DNA from: Bacteroidales bacterium | Lineage (GTDB): Bacteria; Bacteroidota; Bacteroidia; Bacteroidales; UBA12077 | Reading direction: 5' to 3' | NCBI GenBank assembly: GCA_028282585.1 | Contig: JANQHR010000144.1 | Coordinates: 32,001-96,000 of the forward strand | DNA: 64,000 nucleotides | Shown here: positions 1 through 9,358 of the stretch, piece by piece | Position numbering within the stretch: the first letter of the stretch is position 1 | How the letters are laid out: every line of letters starts with the position of its first letter | Position numbers and translations under genes: made by a program | Notes under the pieces: model-generated | Databases searched by the model: none | What the model was told of the DNA's origin: nothing | The model's input: the letters and a program-made list of their open reading frames with translations, nothing else

Positions 1-585
1 AATGGCATATTGCTTTTCAAGAAGAAGAGAAGGTATGCCATCTATATTACCATCCGCTTTATCAATAAGATGAACAAATTCATGAATAGCAGTATTTTTC
101 TTATCAGTTTCATTTCTAAATCCATGATGTAAAGCTTTTTTTGAAAGTACCATTTTTCCTTCCATATATCCTGTCCCGACCATACCTGCTATGGAACGTT
201 CTTCTCCACTTGTTTTAAATTCCTGATTAAACAAACCGGGGTATAACAAAACTTCATTTAAATTGAAATATTGCCAGTTAGGAAAAGCAAAAATTGGAAT
301 TATAGCGCTCGCAGCAACCAATACCCTGTCATATTCATTTACTTCAGTTTCTACTCCGGTTATTCTTACATTAATTAAGAACTCATGAACTTTATATTCG
401 AACAAATTTTTTTCATCAGCATTCAAATTATTGTAAAAAAGAATATTTTCAAATAGAATTTTTCTCCAACTTGCCGAAAATGGTTTATCTGGCTTTTTCC
501 ATCTTTTTTTGCCAACCCCTTTACCAAATTTTATTAACAATAAAACAATAAAAGCAATAATTAGAATTGCAAATAATTTTTCCAT
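1..585 (-). CDS. Zinc-dependent peptidase, M90/MtfA family (3' end outside window)
   Basis: Not in the ORF track. Manual translation from ATG at 585: MEKLFAILII...RVLVAASAIIPIFAFPNWQY...EVLLYP...NTAIHEFVHLIDKADGNIDGIP; HExxH motif in typical MtfA context. Confidence 0.85.
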   Translation of the reverse strand, partial: MEKLFAILIIAFIVLLLIKFGKGVGKKRWKKPDKPFSASWRKILFENILFYNNLNADEKNLFEYKVHEFLINVRITGVETEVNEYDRVLVAASAIIPIFAFPNWQYFNLNEVLLYPGLFNQEFKTSGEERSIAGMVGTGYMEGKMVLSKKALHHGFRNETDKKNTAIHEFVHLIDKADGNIDGIPSLLLEKQYAI

Positions 586-715
586 GTATGTATATCATTT
601 TAAGGAATTCTAAAAGTACAAAAATTGATTATAAATTGTCATTAAGTGATATTATTGATAACTTTTATCTTTTTTAATTGTATAAGCTATTTGTATTAAT
701 TTCTTACGTAATAAA

Positions 716-3556
716 ATGAGGATGTTAAATAAACAAGCTTTGAGAATATCTATTATATTTCTTATAATTAGTATTTTATGGATATTTTTTTCTGATAGGC
801 TTCTACTAAAGTTAGTAAATGATAGTTATACGCTTACTCAAATACAAACCTTTAAAGGTTGGTTTTATGTTCTAATATTATCTTTTACACTTTATTTTTT
901 GGTAAAAGAGGAAATAAAAAAAGCATTAGCCCAAAAAAGACGTTTTAAAGAAGAAAAATCAAAACGTGATATCCTTTTTGAAAGCCTTAACAATGCAATT
1001 TTTGTGTTAGACGAGGAAAATAGGTTTTATGATTGTAATTCGAAAACACTTGAGATATTCGAATGTACAAGAGAAGATTTAATGAATATCCATCTTGCTG
1101 ATGTATCTCCCAAATTGCAACCAAATGGAGTTAAATCATTTGAATTAGCAGATGAGAAAATAAGGTTAACCAGGGAAGGGGATGCACAAAAATTTGAATG
1201 GATTCATACCAATTTTAAAAGGAATAAAGAATTTTATACCGAAATTTCGTTAAGTTCCATTAAGATATCTGATGTAATTTATGTTATAGCTATTATTCAT
1301 GATGTTTCGATCAGGAAAAAGTATGAACTTGATTTAAAATTAAAAAATGAAGAGCTAAACGAACGCAATATCGAATTATCAAATGCGGAAGAAGAATTAA
1401 GAACCAATAATATTGAATTAAAAGAATTAAATGATCAGTTACAAAGAAATGAATACCTTCTCACCGAGGCTCAAAAAATAGCTCAAATTGGACATTGGGA
1501 ATGGGATATAGTAAATGATAAATTATCCTGGTCTGATGAAGTATACAGGATTTTTGGCAAGGAATTGGGTTTTGAGGTCTCATCTGATTCTTTCTTAAAA
1601 TTGGTTCACCCTGAAGACAGAAACAAAATACATGAAGCTTTTCAGCGAACAATTGAAAACAAAAGCTCATATGAGGTTGAACACAGAATTGTATTAGACA
1701 ATGGAAAAATAAAAAACCTGTTGGAAAAAAGTCGAATTGAATATAGTAAAGAAGGAAAACCAATTAGGTCTATAGGTATAGTTCAGGATATAACCAATCA
1801 CGTTATAACCCAAAAAATTATTAAAGAGAGCGAAGAACGGTATCGTCTTTTGTCCGATTTAGGAAAAGCAGGTATTGTAATACATAAAAATGGTATTGTA
1901 CAAGAAGTAAATAATACGTTTTGCAGGATATTTCAGTATACACGGGAAGAGTTAATAGGTGAAGATATAATGGAAAGGTTATTTGCAGGTGATTATGCTG
2001 AAATGGTAAGAGGAAATATTAAAAGTAATTTGACTCGGCCATATTTTGTGAAATGTTTAAGAAAAGATGGAAGAGAGCGGTGGTTTGAAATTGAAGCACG
2101 TAACTTTCTTTATAAAGACGAACCGGCAAGGGTAGCTACATTTTTGGATATTACCGAGTCGGTAGAAAGGGAGGAGGAATTGAAGTTAGGCGCTGAAAAG
2201 CACAGGGTATTATATGAAAACGCTTTGGTTGGCCTAAGCGTTACTGATTCGAAGACCCGACGTTTATTACAATGCAACGAAAAATATGCTAATATTTTCG
2301 GTTACAGTTCTATTGATGAAATTTTAAATGACAAAGGATTTGGGGATTATTATTTAGATAAAAAACTTCGTAATCAGTTATTCGATGTGTTTAATGAAAA
2401 AGGAGAAATAAATAATATTGAGTTGAATGTAAGAAAGAGAAATGGTGAAAACATATGGATTGAACTATCATCATATAAAAATAAAGTTACAGGTAATGTT
2501 GAGAGTGTCGTAAAGGATATAACTGCCCAGAAATTAGCCCAGTTAGCTCTAAAAGAAAATGAAGAAAAGTATAGAAGGTTAACAGAAAATTCACCTGCAA
2601 TCACGTATATATATTCTTTAAAAAGAGGGGCACTGTATTGGTCATCAAGAGCAAAAGAAATTTTAGGTTTCGATCTTAAGAATCTAAAAAATGATAGGAT
2701 AAAGTGGGATGAAGCCATTCATCCGGACGATAAACCTCGTATAGATGAATTTCTTCAAAATATCAAGGTTGGTGAAACCTATACCACGGAATACAGAATT
2801 TATGATGTAAACAATAAGTTGCATTGGTTTAATGATCGCATTTTTAACGTATATAAATCAAATGAAGAAATTATTATCGAAGGAATAATTTCTGATGTTA
2901 CTGATAAACAGAGGATGCAACAAAAAGTTTTGCACGCGATGATAAATGCGGAGGAGAGAGAAAGGAGCAGAATTGCTAAAGATTTGCATGATGGTGTTTC
3001 TCCGGTTATGTCCGCCATTAAGCTGTATATTCAATCATTAAGTGGTACAACTAAGGAAAAACTTAGACATGAATTGATTGGTAAAATAAGTAATACTATA
3101 AACGAAGCAATATCTAGTATAAATGAAATTTCAAATAATGTCAGTCCTCATGTTTTACAAAACTTTGGTCTGAAAACTGCAGTTGAGTCATTTGTCACAA
3201 AAATATCCGAATTAAAAGGTATATATATTGATTTACATTTCGAAATTGATAACAGATTTGACGAAAACACCGAAATTGCGTTATACAGAATTACTACCGA
3301 ATTAATTAATAATACAATAAAGTATGCTAAAGCACATGATATTAAAATAAAATATTATTTGACTCACGGGCATATATTTATGTTATATAAAGACAATGGT
3401 AAAGGATTTAATACCGAAAAAGTTTTGAATAATAAAACTGGAATGGGTATTTTTAATATGAAAAATAGAATCAACTCATTAAATGGAGAATTTAAGCTGG
3501 AAAGTATTGAAAAAGAAGGAGTATATGTCGAAATAATGGTTCCTGTAAATAGTTAA
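716..3556 (+). CDS. Membrane-anchored multi-PAS sensor histidine kinase (HisKA_3/NarX-like, HATPase)
   Basis: Two N-terminal TM helices, about five PAS/PAC repeats, H-box EERERSRIAKDLHDG, ELINNTIKYA, DNGKGF and GMG boxes. Confidence 0.93.
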   Translation: MRMLNKQALRISIIFLIISILWIFFSDRLLLKLVNDSYTLTQIQTFKGWFYVLILSFTLYFLVKEEIKKALAQKRRFKEEKSKRDILFESLNNAIFVLDEENRFYDCNSKTLEIFECTREDLMNIHLADVSPKLQPNGVKSFELADEKIRLTREGDAQKFEWIHTNFKRNKEFYTEISLSSIKISDVIYVIAIIHDVSIRKKYELDLKLKNEELNERNIELSNAEEELRTNNIELKELNDQLQRNEYLLTEAQKIAQIGHWEWDIVNDKLSWSDEVYRIFGKELGFEVSSDSFLKLVHPEDRNKIHEAFQRTIENKSSYEVEHRIVLDNGKIKNLLEKSRIEYSKEGKPIRSIGIVQDITNHVITQKIIKESEERYRLLSDLGKAGIVIHKNGIVQEVNNTFCRIFQYTREELIGEDIMERLFAGDYAEMVRGNIKSNLTRPYFVKCLRKDGRERWFEIEARNFLYKDEPARVATFLDITESVEREEELKLGAEKHRVLYENALVGLSVTDSKTRRLLQCNEKYANIFGYSSIDEILNDKGFGDYYLDKKLRNQLFDVFNEKGEINNIELNVRKRNGENIWIELSSYKNKVTGNVESVVKDITAQKLAQLALKENEEKYRRLTENSPAITYIYSLKRGALYWSSRAKEILGFDLKNLKNDRIKWDEAIHPDDKPRIDEFLQNIKVGETYTTEYRIYDVNNKLHWFNDRIFNVYKSNEEIIIEGIISDVTDKQRMQQKVLHAMINAEERERSRIAKDLHDGVSPVMSAIKLYIQSLSGTTKEKLRHELIGKISNTINEAISSINEISNNVSPHVLQNFGLKTAVESFVTKISELKGIYIDLHFEIDNRFDENTEIALYRITTELINNTIKYAKAHDIKIKYYLTHGHIFMLYKDNGKGFNTEKVLNNKTGMGIFNMKNRINSLNGEFKLESIEKEGVYVEIMVPVNS

Positions 3557-3558
3557 TA

Positions 3559-4212
3559 ATGTTAAATAAAGTAGAAATTATTATTGTTGATGACCATGCA
3601 ATATTTCGTGATGGTTTAAAATCTGTATTATCGCAAATCGAAAATTTTATTGTTATTAATGAAGCAGGTAACGGAGAAGAATTGTTAAGTATATTAACAC
3701 AACAATTTCCCGATATTATTCTAATGGATATCTCAATGCCTGAAATGGATGGTATTGAAGCAACCAAAAAAGCTCTTAAAAAATATCCTGATTTAAAGAT
3801 TATTACATTATCAAGTTATAGCGACCAAATTTATTATTACAAAATGATAAAAGCAGGTGTGCTAGGCTTTGTACAAAAAAAATCGGGTAAAGAAGAATTA
3901 AAAGAAGCGATAAATGCTGTGCTTAATGGTGATAACTATTTTCCTCAGGATGTATTAAGGAATTTAATCTTTAAAATAGGAAAAGAAGGAGCAGGTTCTA
4001 TCGGAGATAACAAATTAATATTGTCTAAAAGAGAAACAGAAGTATTACAATTGATTTGCCAAGGTTTTACAAATAACGAGATTGCGGAAAAATTACATCT
4101 TAGTTCAAAAACAATTGATAATCATCGAACAAACCTTTTATCTAAAACATATACCAAAAATGCAGCTCATCTGGTAATGTTCGCAATTAAAAATCACTTA
4201 ATTGAGATTTAA
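3559..4212 (+). CDS. NarL/FixJ-family response regulator (REC + LuxR HTH)
   Basis: IVDDH...LMDISMP receiver; LSKRETEVLQLICQGFTNNEIAEKL HTH; 2 bp after the kinase. Confidence 0.95.
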   Translation: MLNKVEIIIVDDHAIFRDGLKSVLSQIENFIVINEAGNGEELLSILTQQFPDIILMDISMPEMDGIEATKKALKKYPDLKIITLSSYSDQIYYYKMIKAGVLGFVQKKSGKEELKEAINAVLNGDNYFPQDVLRNLIFKIGKEGAGSIGDNKLILSKRETEVLQLICQGFTNNEIAEKLHLSSKTIDNHRTNLLSKTYTKNAAHLVMFAIKNHLIEI

Positions 4213-4518
4213 TAATTCTGATGAATCTGTTAATGATTTTTTCGTTTAATTCCCATACGCAGGTTAAAGGGCTATAAAAATCTTGAAAAGGATAAAAATC
4301 CAAAAGTAACGTATTAATGGTTAGGACAAATGTTAAAATTAATTTATGAAATAATTAAATTTAAATTAACTATACTATTTAAAGAGATATCTATTTTTAG
4401 CGTGTTTGAATCAAAAGGCTAAATCATTTTACTCATTGGAATCATTGAATCTTCTTTCAAAAACTAACTGGATAAATCTATTTTTCTTTATAAAAACTAT
4501 AAACCAACACATACTACA

Positions 4519-4992
4519 ATGAATACAACATTTAAGGAACAAGTTAACTCTTACTTAACATTTAAAATTGAAGAGGAATATGGTGCTCATTTTAAAGAAG
4601 TGCCAGATACCTTTGAACTGCAAAAAAATACTAGAACACCAAAACTTCCGGACTACATGAAGGGATTAATAAGCCCAAAAGACATGGTTCTTCCGGTAAT
4701 TGGTACCGGGATTAAATTTAATATGCCTCCGACTTAAATTACAGATAACACCTGTATTATTTTTAATATACTTTGAAACAAGTAGTGATAAAGTGTAAAT
4801 AGGTGCTTTGATTGATTCAGTTATTGCTGTTCATGAAATTGATGACACATTAATTAAATCTTTGCCGAGTATTGGTAATACCTGTAAATTCGATTTTATT
4901 AATGGAATGTGAATTTAGATGGACATTTCATGATGATTTCGGATTTAGTAAGGCTATTTACCAAAGGAGAAATTAAGGAATTAAAAAAATAA
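4519..4992 (+). pseudogene. cheW: cheW pseudogene (nonsense and frameshift lesions)
   Basis: NSYLTFK...PDYMKG...MVLPVI, TAA at 4735, then FTDNTCII; later frames give IGALIDSVIAVHEIDD and FMMISDLVRLFT; colinear with intact CheW at 8248. Confidence 0.88.
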
Positions 4993-5013
4993 AAACGATT
5001 AAATATTCAAGCG

Positions 5014-6948
5014 ATGAAAAATATCAAAATTAGATACAAACTATTATTAGGAGCATTAGGACAAATATTGTTAATTATTCTTTTATTACTCTTTATGTTT
5101 AGTTTTAATCAGAAGTTAATGAAGATTAATGAAGAAAGAACACAAAATATTCAGGAAACAAATATGTTTGGACAGATTGAAGTGCTTGTCAAAGATTATT
5201 TAAATAATAAAATAACTTTCGAACAGTTACAAAAAGATTATGCCGAAATTGAAATCATGGCAGGTAATTCTTCATATAGTTCGGATATTAATAACTTCTC
5301 ATCAGAATTAAAAAAAATAAAACAGCTAAAAGAGGAAAATGAAGCTATCAAAAATAACATTAATGTATTAATTGATGAGTCACTTAGCCAATCAAATAGT
5401 TTTATTAAAAATGTAAGCTTAAGGTTAGCAGATCTAAAAACTCGAAGAAATGTTTCTACAATTGAAAGATTAGTTATACAAGGGGCTAATTTAGGAAATA
5501 ATAACTTATTTAACATTCATAGGCTATTTACTAAAATTGAAAAAGATATATCTTTTAAAAATGAATTAGTTCAATTTTTAGATGAAGCGGTAAAGCAAGC
5601 TGAAGCTGATAAAGAAAGATTAAAAAATACTGAATTTGCAGCCTTACCGGATAATGCCATAAAAATAAACATAAAGATTAAAGATTTAGCATTACAATAT
5701 GTAGATAATGTTGAGGAATACGATAATATTAGTAATGAGATTATTGGTTCAGCTAACGAATTTATAAAAGAATTAAATGATCATAGTTTAAACTCTACTA
5801 AAGAAAGTTTCTCAGATTTAAAAGCAACTTTTCGTAACATTCTTATCATTCTATTATTAATTTCAATTATAGTAGTAATATTAAATTTATCAATTTCCAG
5901 GCTTATTGGATATGTACTAAAACAGTTTTCTATTGATTTAACGGAAATGTCAAATGGAAACCTTAATATTTATCAGTCAGAAGCATATTTTACCAGAAAA
6001 GATGAAATCGGTGTATTAGCGGTTTCTTTTAGTAATTTAATACTAAACCTGAAAAATATTGTTAATAACATTGTTTCCGGAGCCAATAATGTTGCATCTG
6101 CAAGCCAACAAATAAGTGAAACAACGCAACAGTTATCCCAAGGCGTATCCGAACAAGCGGCATCAACTGAAGAAGTTTCCTCTTCTATAGAAGAAATGGC
6201 TTCAAATATTCAACAAAATACAGCTAATGCTCAACAAACCGAGAAGATTGCGGTAAAGGCAGCAGAAGGAATAAAGCAAGTAGCTGGAGCTGCGCAAGAG
6301 AGCTTGAGCTCGATAAGACAAATCGCAGAAAAAATTACTATTGTCAATGATATAGCTTTTCAAACAAATATCTTAGCCCTTAATGCAGCTGTTGAAGCTG
6401 CAAGAGCAGGTCAGCACGGAAAAGGTTTTGCAGTGGTTGCTGCCGAGGTTAGAAAACTAGCGGAAAGAAGTAAAATTGCTGCTGATGAAATAAATGAATT
6501 GTCAGGAAAGAGCTTGAAAGTTACTGAAGATGCCGGTGTTTTAATGGGAGAAATCATCCCGGAAATTGAAAAAACAGCTATGCTGATACAGGAAATAACA
6601 ACGGCTAGTACAGAACAAAATTCAGGAACTGATCAAATTAATAATGCAATTCAAGAGTTGAGCCAGGTAACACAACAAAATGCTGCAGCTGGTGAGCAAA
6701 TGTCAACAAGTTCAGAAGAATTGGCTAGTCAGGCCCAACAATTAATAGAAGTTATTAGTTATTTTGAAACGAATGATGAAAATAAAACTCAACGAATAAA
6801 ACGAAATGTTTTATCTGAATTTAAAAGTGGTGAAATTGCTAATAAACCAAGTAATGGCGATAAAAATAAAAAAGAAATTAATGCGAAAGGTTTTAAATTA
6901 GATTTAGCAAAGAACAATACACAAGATGAGGAGTTCGAATCATTTTAA
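5014..6948 (+). CDS. Methyl-accepting chemotaxis protein (TM, periplasmic sensor, HAMP, signalling domain)
   Basis: [40 protein letters not shown]; C-terminal EFESF. Confidence 0.96.
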   Translation: MKNIKIRYKLLLGALGQILLIILLLLFMFSFNQKLMKINEERTQNIQETNMFGQIEVLVKDYLNNKITFEQLQKDYAEIEIMAGNSSYSSDINNFSSELKKIKQLKEENEAIKNNINVLIDESLSQSNSFIKNVSLRLADLKTRRNVSTIERLVIQGANLGNNNLFNIHRLFTKIEKDISFKNELVQFLDEAVKQAEADKERLKNTEFAALPDNAIKINIKIKDLALQYVDNVEEYDNISNEIIGSANEFIKELNDHSLNSTKESFSDLKATFRNILIILLLISIIVVILNLSISRLIGYVLKQFSIDLTEMSNGNLNIYQSEAYFTRKDEIGVLAVSFSNLILNLKNIVNNIVSGANNVASASQQISETTQQLSQGVSEQAASTEEVSSSIEEMASNIQQNTANAQQTEKIAVKAAEGIKQVAGAAQESLSSIRQIAEKITIVNDIAFQTNILALNAAVEAARAGQHGKGFAVVAAEVRKLAERSKIAADEINELSGKSLKVTEDAGVLMGEIIPEIEKTAMLIQEITTASTEQNSGTDQINNAIQELSQVTQQNAAAGEQMSTSSEELASQAQQLIEVISYFETNDENKTQRIKRNVLSEFKSGEIANKPSNGDKNKKEINAKGFKLDLAKNNTQDEEFESF

Positions 6949-6970
6949 AGTATATTTTCGTATTTTTTTT

Positions 6971-6999
6971 AGGGAGGATAGAAATATTCTCCCTTTTTT
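6971..6999 (+). terminator. Rho-independent terminator after MCP1
   Basis: AGGGAGGATA-GAAA-TATTCTCCCT followed by a T run. Confidence 0.8.
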
Positions 7000-7003
7000 A
7001 TTT

Positions 7004-7071
7004 TAGGGTTTTTCCCCTATTAATTTGGTGTATTCTCCCCTTTAAACGTGCTCAAAATCACAATACATTTG
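7004..7071 (+). promoter_or_regulatory. Bacteroidota -7 promoter element (TACATTTG, 7064-7071) with two upstream putative regulator boxes
   Basis: TAGGGTTTTTCCCCTA (7004-7019) and GGTGTATTCTCCCCT (7027-7041); TAnnTTTG consensus match. Confidence 0.5.
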
Positions 7072-7107
7072 TATAAAAAAGTTTTTATTGATTAATTATA
7101 CAATACT

Positions 7108-7326
7108 ATGAAAACTACCAATAACCCCAATATCAATTCTTATACGGCTTTTAAGCTAAGTAAGATTGAGTATCGCTTAGATGAATTTGAAATAATCAAT
7201 GTTTTGAGATTGAAGTATGTAACAAAGAGATTGAAACTGGCAGAATTAATACGTAATCCAATTGATCACAAAGAATTACTGCATTCAGGATTAAATGATC
7301 GAATTAAAGCTATTTGTTCCAATTAA
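7108..7326 (+). pseudogene. Truncated, diverged CheW N-terminal fragment
   Basis: NSYTAFKL...EIINVLRLKYVTK resembles NSYLTFKV...EILNILELQEITK of CheW 8248. Confidence 0.5.
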
Positions 7327-7414
7327 ACTTCTTAATTATCAAGGCATTATCAGGCGAAGTAAATTATGAAGATTTAAAGCCTTTTTAAGACTAACAGAGT
7401 AATAAAGCTAAACG

Positions 7415-7816
7415 ATGAAATTTATAGTTGTTGACGACAGTAAAACATTTAGAGAAGGCATTAAGTTCTATCTTGAAAATATGTTACACCATGAAGTTAT
7501 TGATATGTTAAGTGATGGTCTCGAATTTTTACAATTTAAAAATAAATACGATGCCGATATAATCATAATGGATATTGAGATGCCTCACTTAAATGGAATT
7601 GAAACCGTAAAAAAAGCGATTTGGGATAATCAATATCTAAAATTTATTGCGGTAACTAGTTATACCGATAAAGCATATCTGGATGAACTAATAAGTGCAG
7701 GATTTAAGTCGTGTGTATTTAAATCAAATATTTATGATGAATTGGATCAAGCAATTGAGATGGTTATGAATCAAAAATATTCTTTCCCAAATGATATAAA
7801 CCTTATTAAAGAGTAA
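7415..7816 (+). CDS. Stand-alone response regulator receiver
   Basis: VVDD, IMDIEMP (phospho-Asp), VTS, conserved K (VFK); no output domain. Confidence 0.92.
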   Translation: MKFIVVDDSKTFREGIKFYLENMLHHEVIDMLSDGLEFLQFKNKYDADIIIMDIEMPHLNGIETVKKAIWDNQYLKFIAVTSYTDKAYLDELISAGFKSCVFKSNIYDELDQAIEMVMNQKYSFPNDINLIKE

Positions 7817-7819
7817 GTT

Positions 7820-8230
7820 ATGAAGTTAATAATAATTGATGATAACAAACCATTTCGTGAAAGCTTAAAATTTCATGTAGAATACATTCTTGGTCATGAG
7901 GTAATAGCAGAAGCTGTGGATGGTATAGAGTTTTTAAAATTGGAGAATTCTTTCGAAGCAGACGCGATTCTTATGGATATTGAGATGCCCAATATTAATG
8001 GAATTCAAGCTGCTCAAATCGCATTAAACCATAATCCATCCTTAAATATAATTGCCATAACAAGTTATTTTGATAAGATATATTTAATGGACTTATTGAA
8101 GTCAGGATTTAAGTCTTGTGTATTTAAATCCAGCGTTTTTGAGGAGCTAGGATTTGCACTGCAGGAACTATCAAGTCAAAGAAAATACTTCCCTGAAAAT
8201 ATAAAGGTTATAAATAAAAGCAGGCCGTAA
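7820..8230 (+). CDS. Stand-alone response regulator receiver (tandem paralog)
   Basis: IIDD, LMDIEMP; shares GFKSCVFKS with the preceding ORF. Confidence 0.92.
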   Translation: MKLIIIDDNKPFRESLKFHVEYILGHEVIAEAVDGIEFLKLENSFEADAILMDIEMPNINGIQAAQIALNHNPSLNIIAITSYFDKIYLMDLLKSGFKSCVFKSSVFEELGFALQELSSQRKYFPENIKVINKSRP

Positions 8231-8247
8231 ACTAACTTATAATAAAC

Positions 8248-8748
8248 ATGCAAAATGTTACAATAAATAAAACCAAAACAAATTCCTATTTAACTTTTAA
8301 GGTAGGAGAAGAAGAATTTGGAGCTCATGTAGATGAAATACTTAATATCCTCGAGCTACAGGAAATTACAAAAGTTCCAAAATCTCCCGATTACATGAAA
8401 GGAGTAATTAACCTTCGCGGAATGGTACTTCCGGTAATCGATACCAGAATGAAATTTCATATGTCACCAATCGAATTTACAGATGATACTTGTATAGTAG
8501 TAATGGACCTTAAAGCGGACGATGAAATAATTCACATTGGTGCTTTGGTCGATTCTGTTATTGCAGTTCGCGAAATAGATGACAAAATGATCGAATCCTC
8601 TCCAAATATCGGTAAAACTTATAAGTCCGAGTTCATTTCCGGTGTTGTTAATATCGATGATAACTTTATTATGATACTGGACTTATTAAAGCTTTTTACT
8701 TCAAACGAACTTGAAGTGTTAAGCAAATCAAATAGCAAAAAACAATAA
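8248..8748 (+). CDS. cheW: Chemotaxis scaffold protein CheW
   Basis: YLTFKVGEEEFG...ITKVPKSPDYMKGVINLRGMVLPVIDTR...IGALVDSV. Confidence 0.96.
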   Translation: MQNVTINKTKTNSYLTFKVGEEEFGAHVDEILNILELQEITKVPKSPDYMKGVINLRGMVLPVIDTRMKFHMSPIEFTDDTCIVVMDLKADDEIIHIGALVDSVIAVREIDDKMIESSPNIGKTYKSEFISGVVNIDDNFIMILDLLKLFTSNELEVLSKSNSKKQ

Positions 8749-8763
8749 CAAATACAGAAATAC

Positions 8764-9324
8764 TTGAGAAAAAAACTACTCATATCAATTTTTCTACTAA
8801 TATTTCAAGCTTTATTAACTATAAATGTTTTTCCACAGCCTGATCATAACGATATTGATCATAAAGAATTAACCTTACATAACGAATCCCAATTGCGTCT
8901 AAATCATATAGTATTAGTGTTTGGAAACACTTCAAATTTTGATCATAAATTAACTGATTTTACCTTAGGACTGGATTATGAATACAGATTTAAAGCGGCT
9001 CAGGGACTATTTGGTTTAGGTATATTTGGAAAATATATCACTACTGAATCAGGAGAGGTAGTTGCCGGTATACCCTTTTTTGTTCATCCCTTAAAAGGAT
9101 TAAAAATTACAACTTCGCCAATTTTTGTATTTGCAGAAGAGAACGATTCCCACAACTCGTATGATGACCATACTTCTGAGAAAATGAAAGCTTATTGTGG
9201 AAGGCGATTAGGTTTAATATATAATTTTTATCTGGGTAATTTATCTATCGGACCAGTTGTTAATGTGTATTATTTAAATATAGTGGCATTAAATTATGGG
9301 CTAAACATAGGATTTGATTTCTAA
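8764..9324 (+). CDS. Hypothetical exported His-rich protein, probable small outer-membrane beta-barrel
   Basis: Signal peptide, alternating beta-strand pattern (FTLGLDYEYRF), terminal GFDF; TTG start. Confidence 0.6.
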   Translation: MRKKLLISIFLLIFQALLTINVFPQPDHNDIDHKELTLHNESQLRLNHIVLVFGNTSNFDHKLTDFTLGLDYEYRFKAAQGLFGLGIFGKYITTESGEVVAGIPFFVHPLKGLKITTSPIFVFAEENDSHNSYDDHTSEKMKAYCGRRLGLIYNFYLGNLSIGPVVNVYYLNIVALNYGLNIGFDF

Positions 9325-9358
9325 AAATAATTGGACACAAAATAAAATATTAAAGAAA

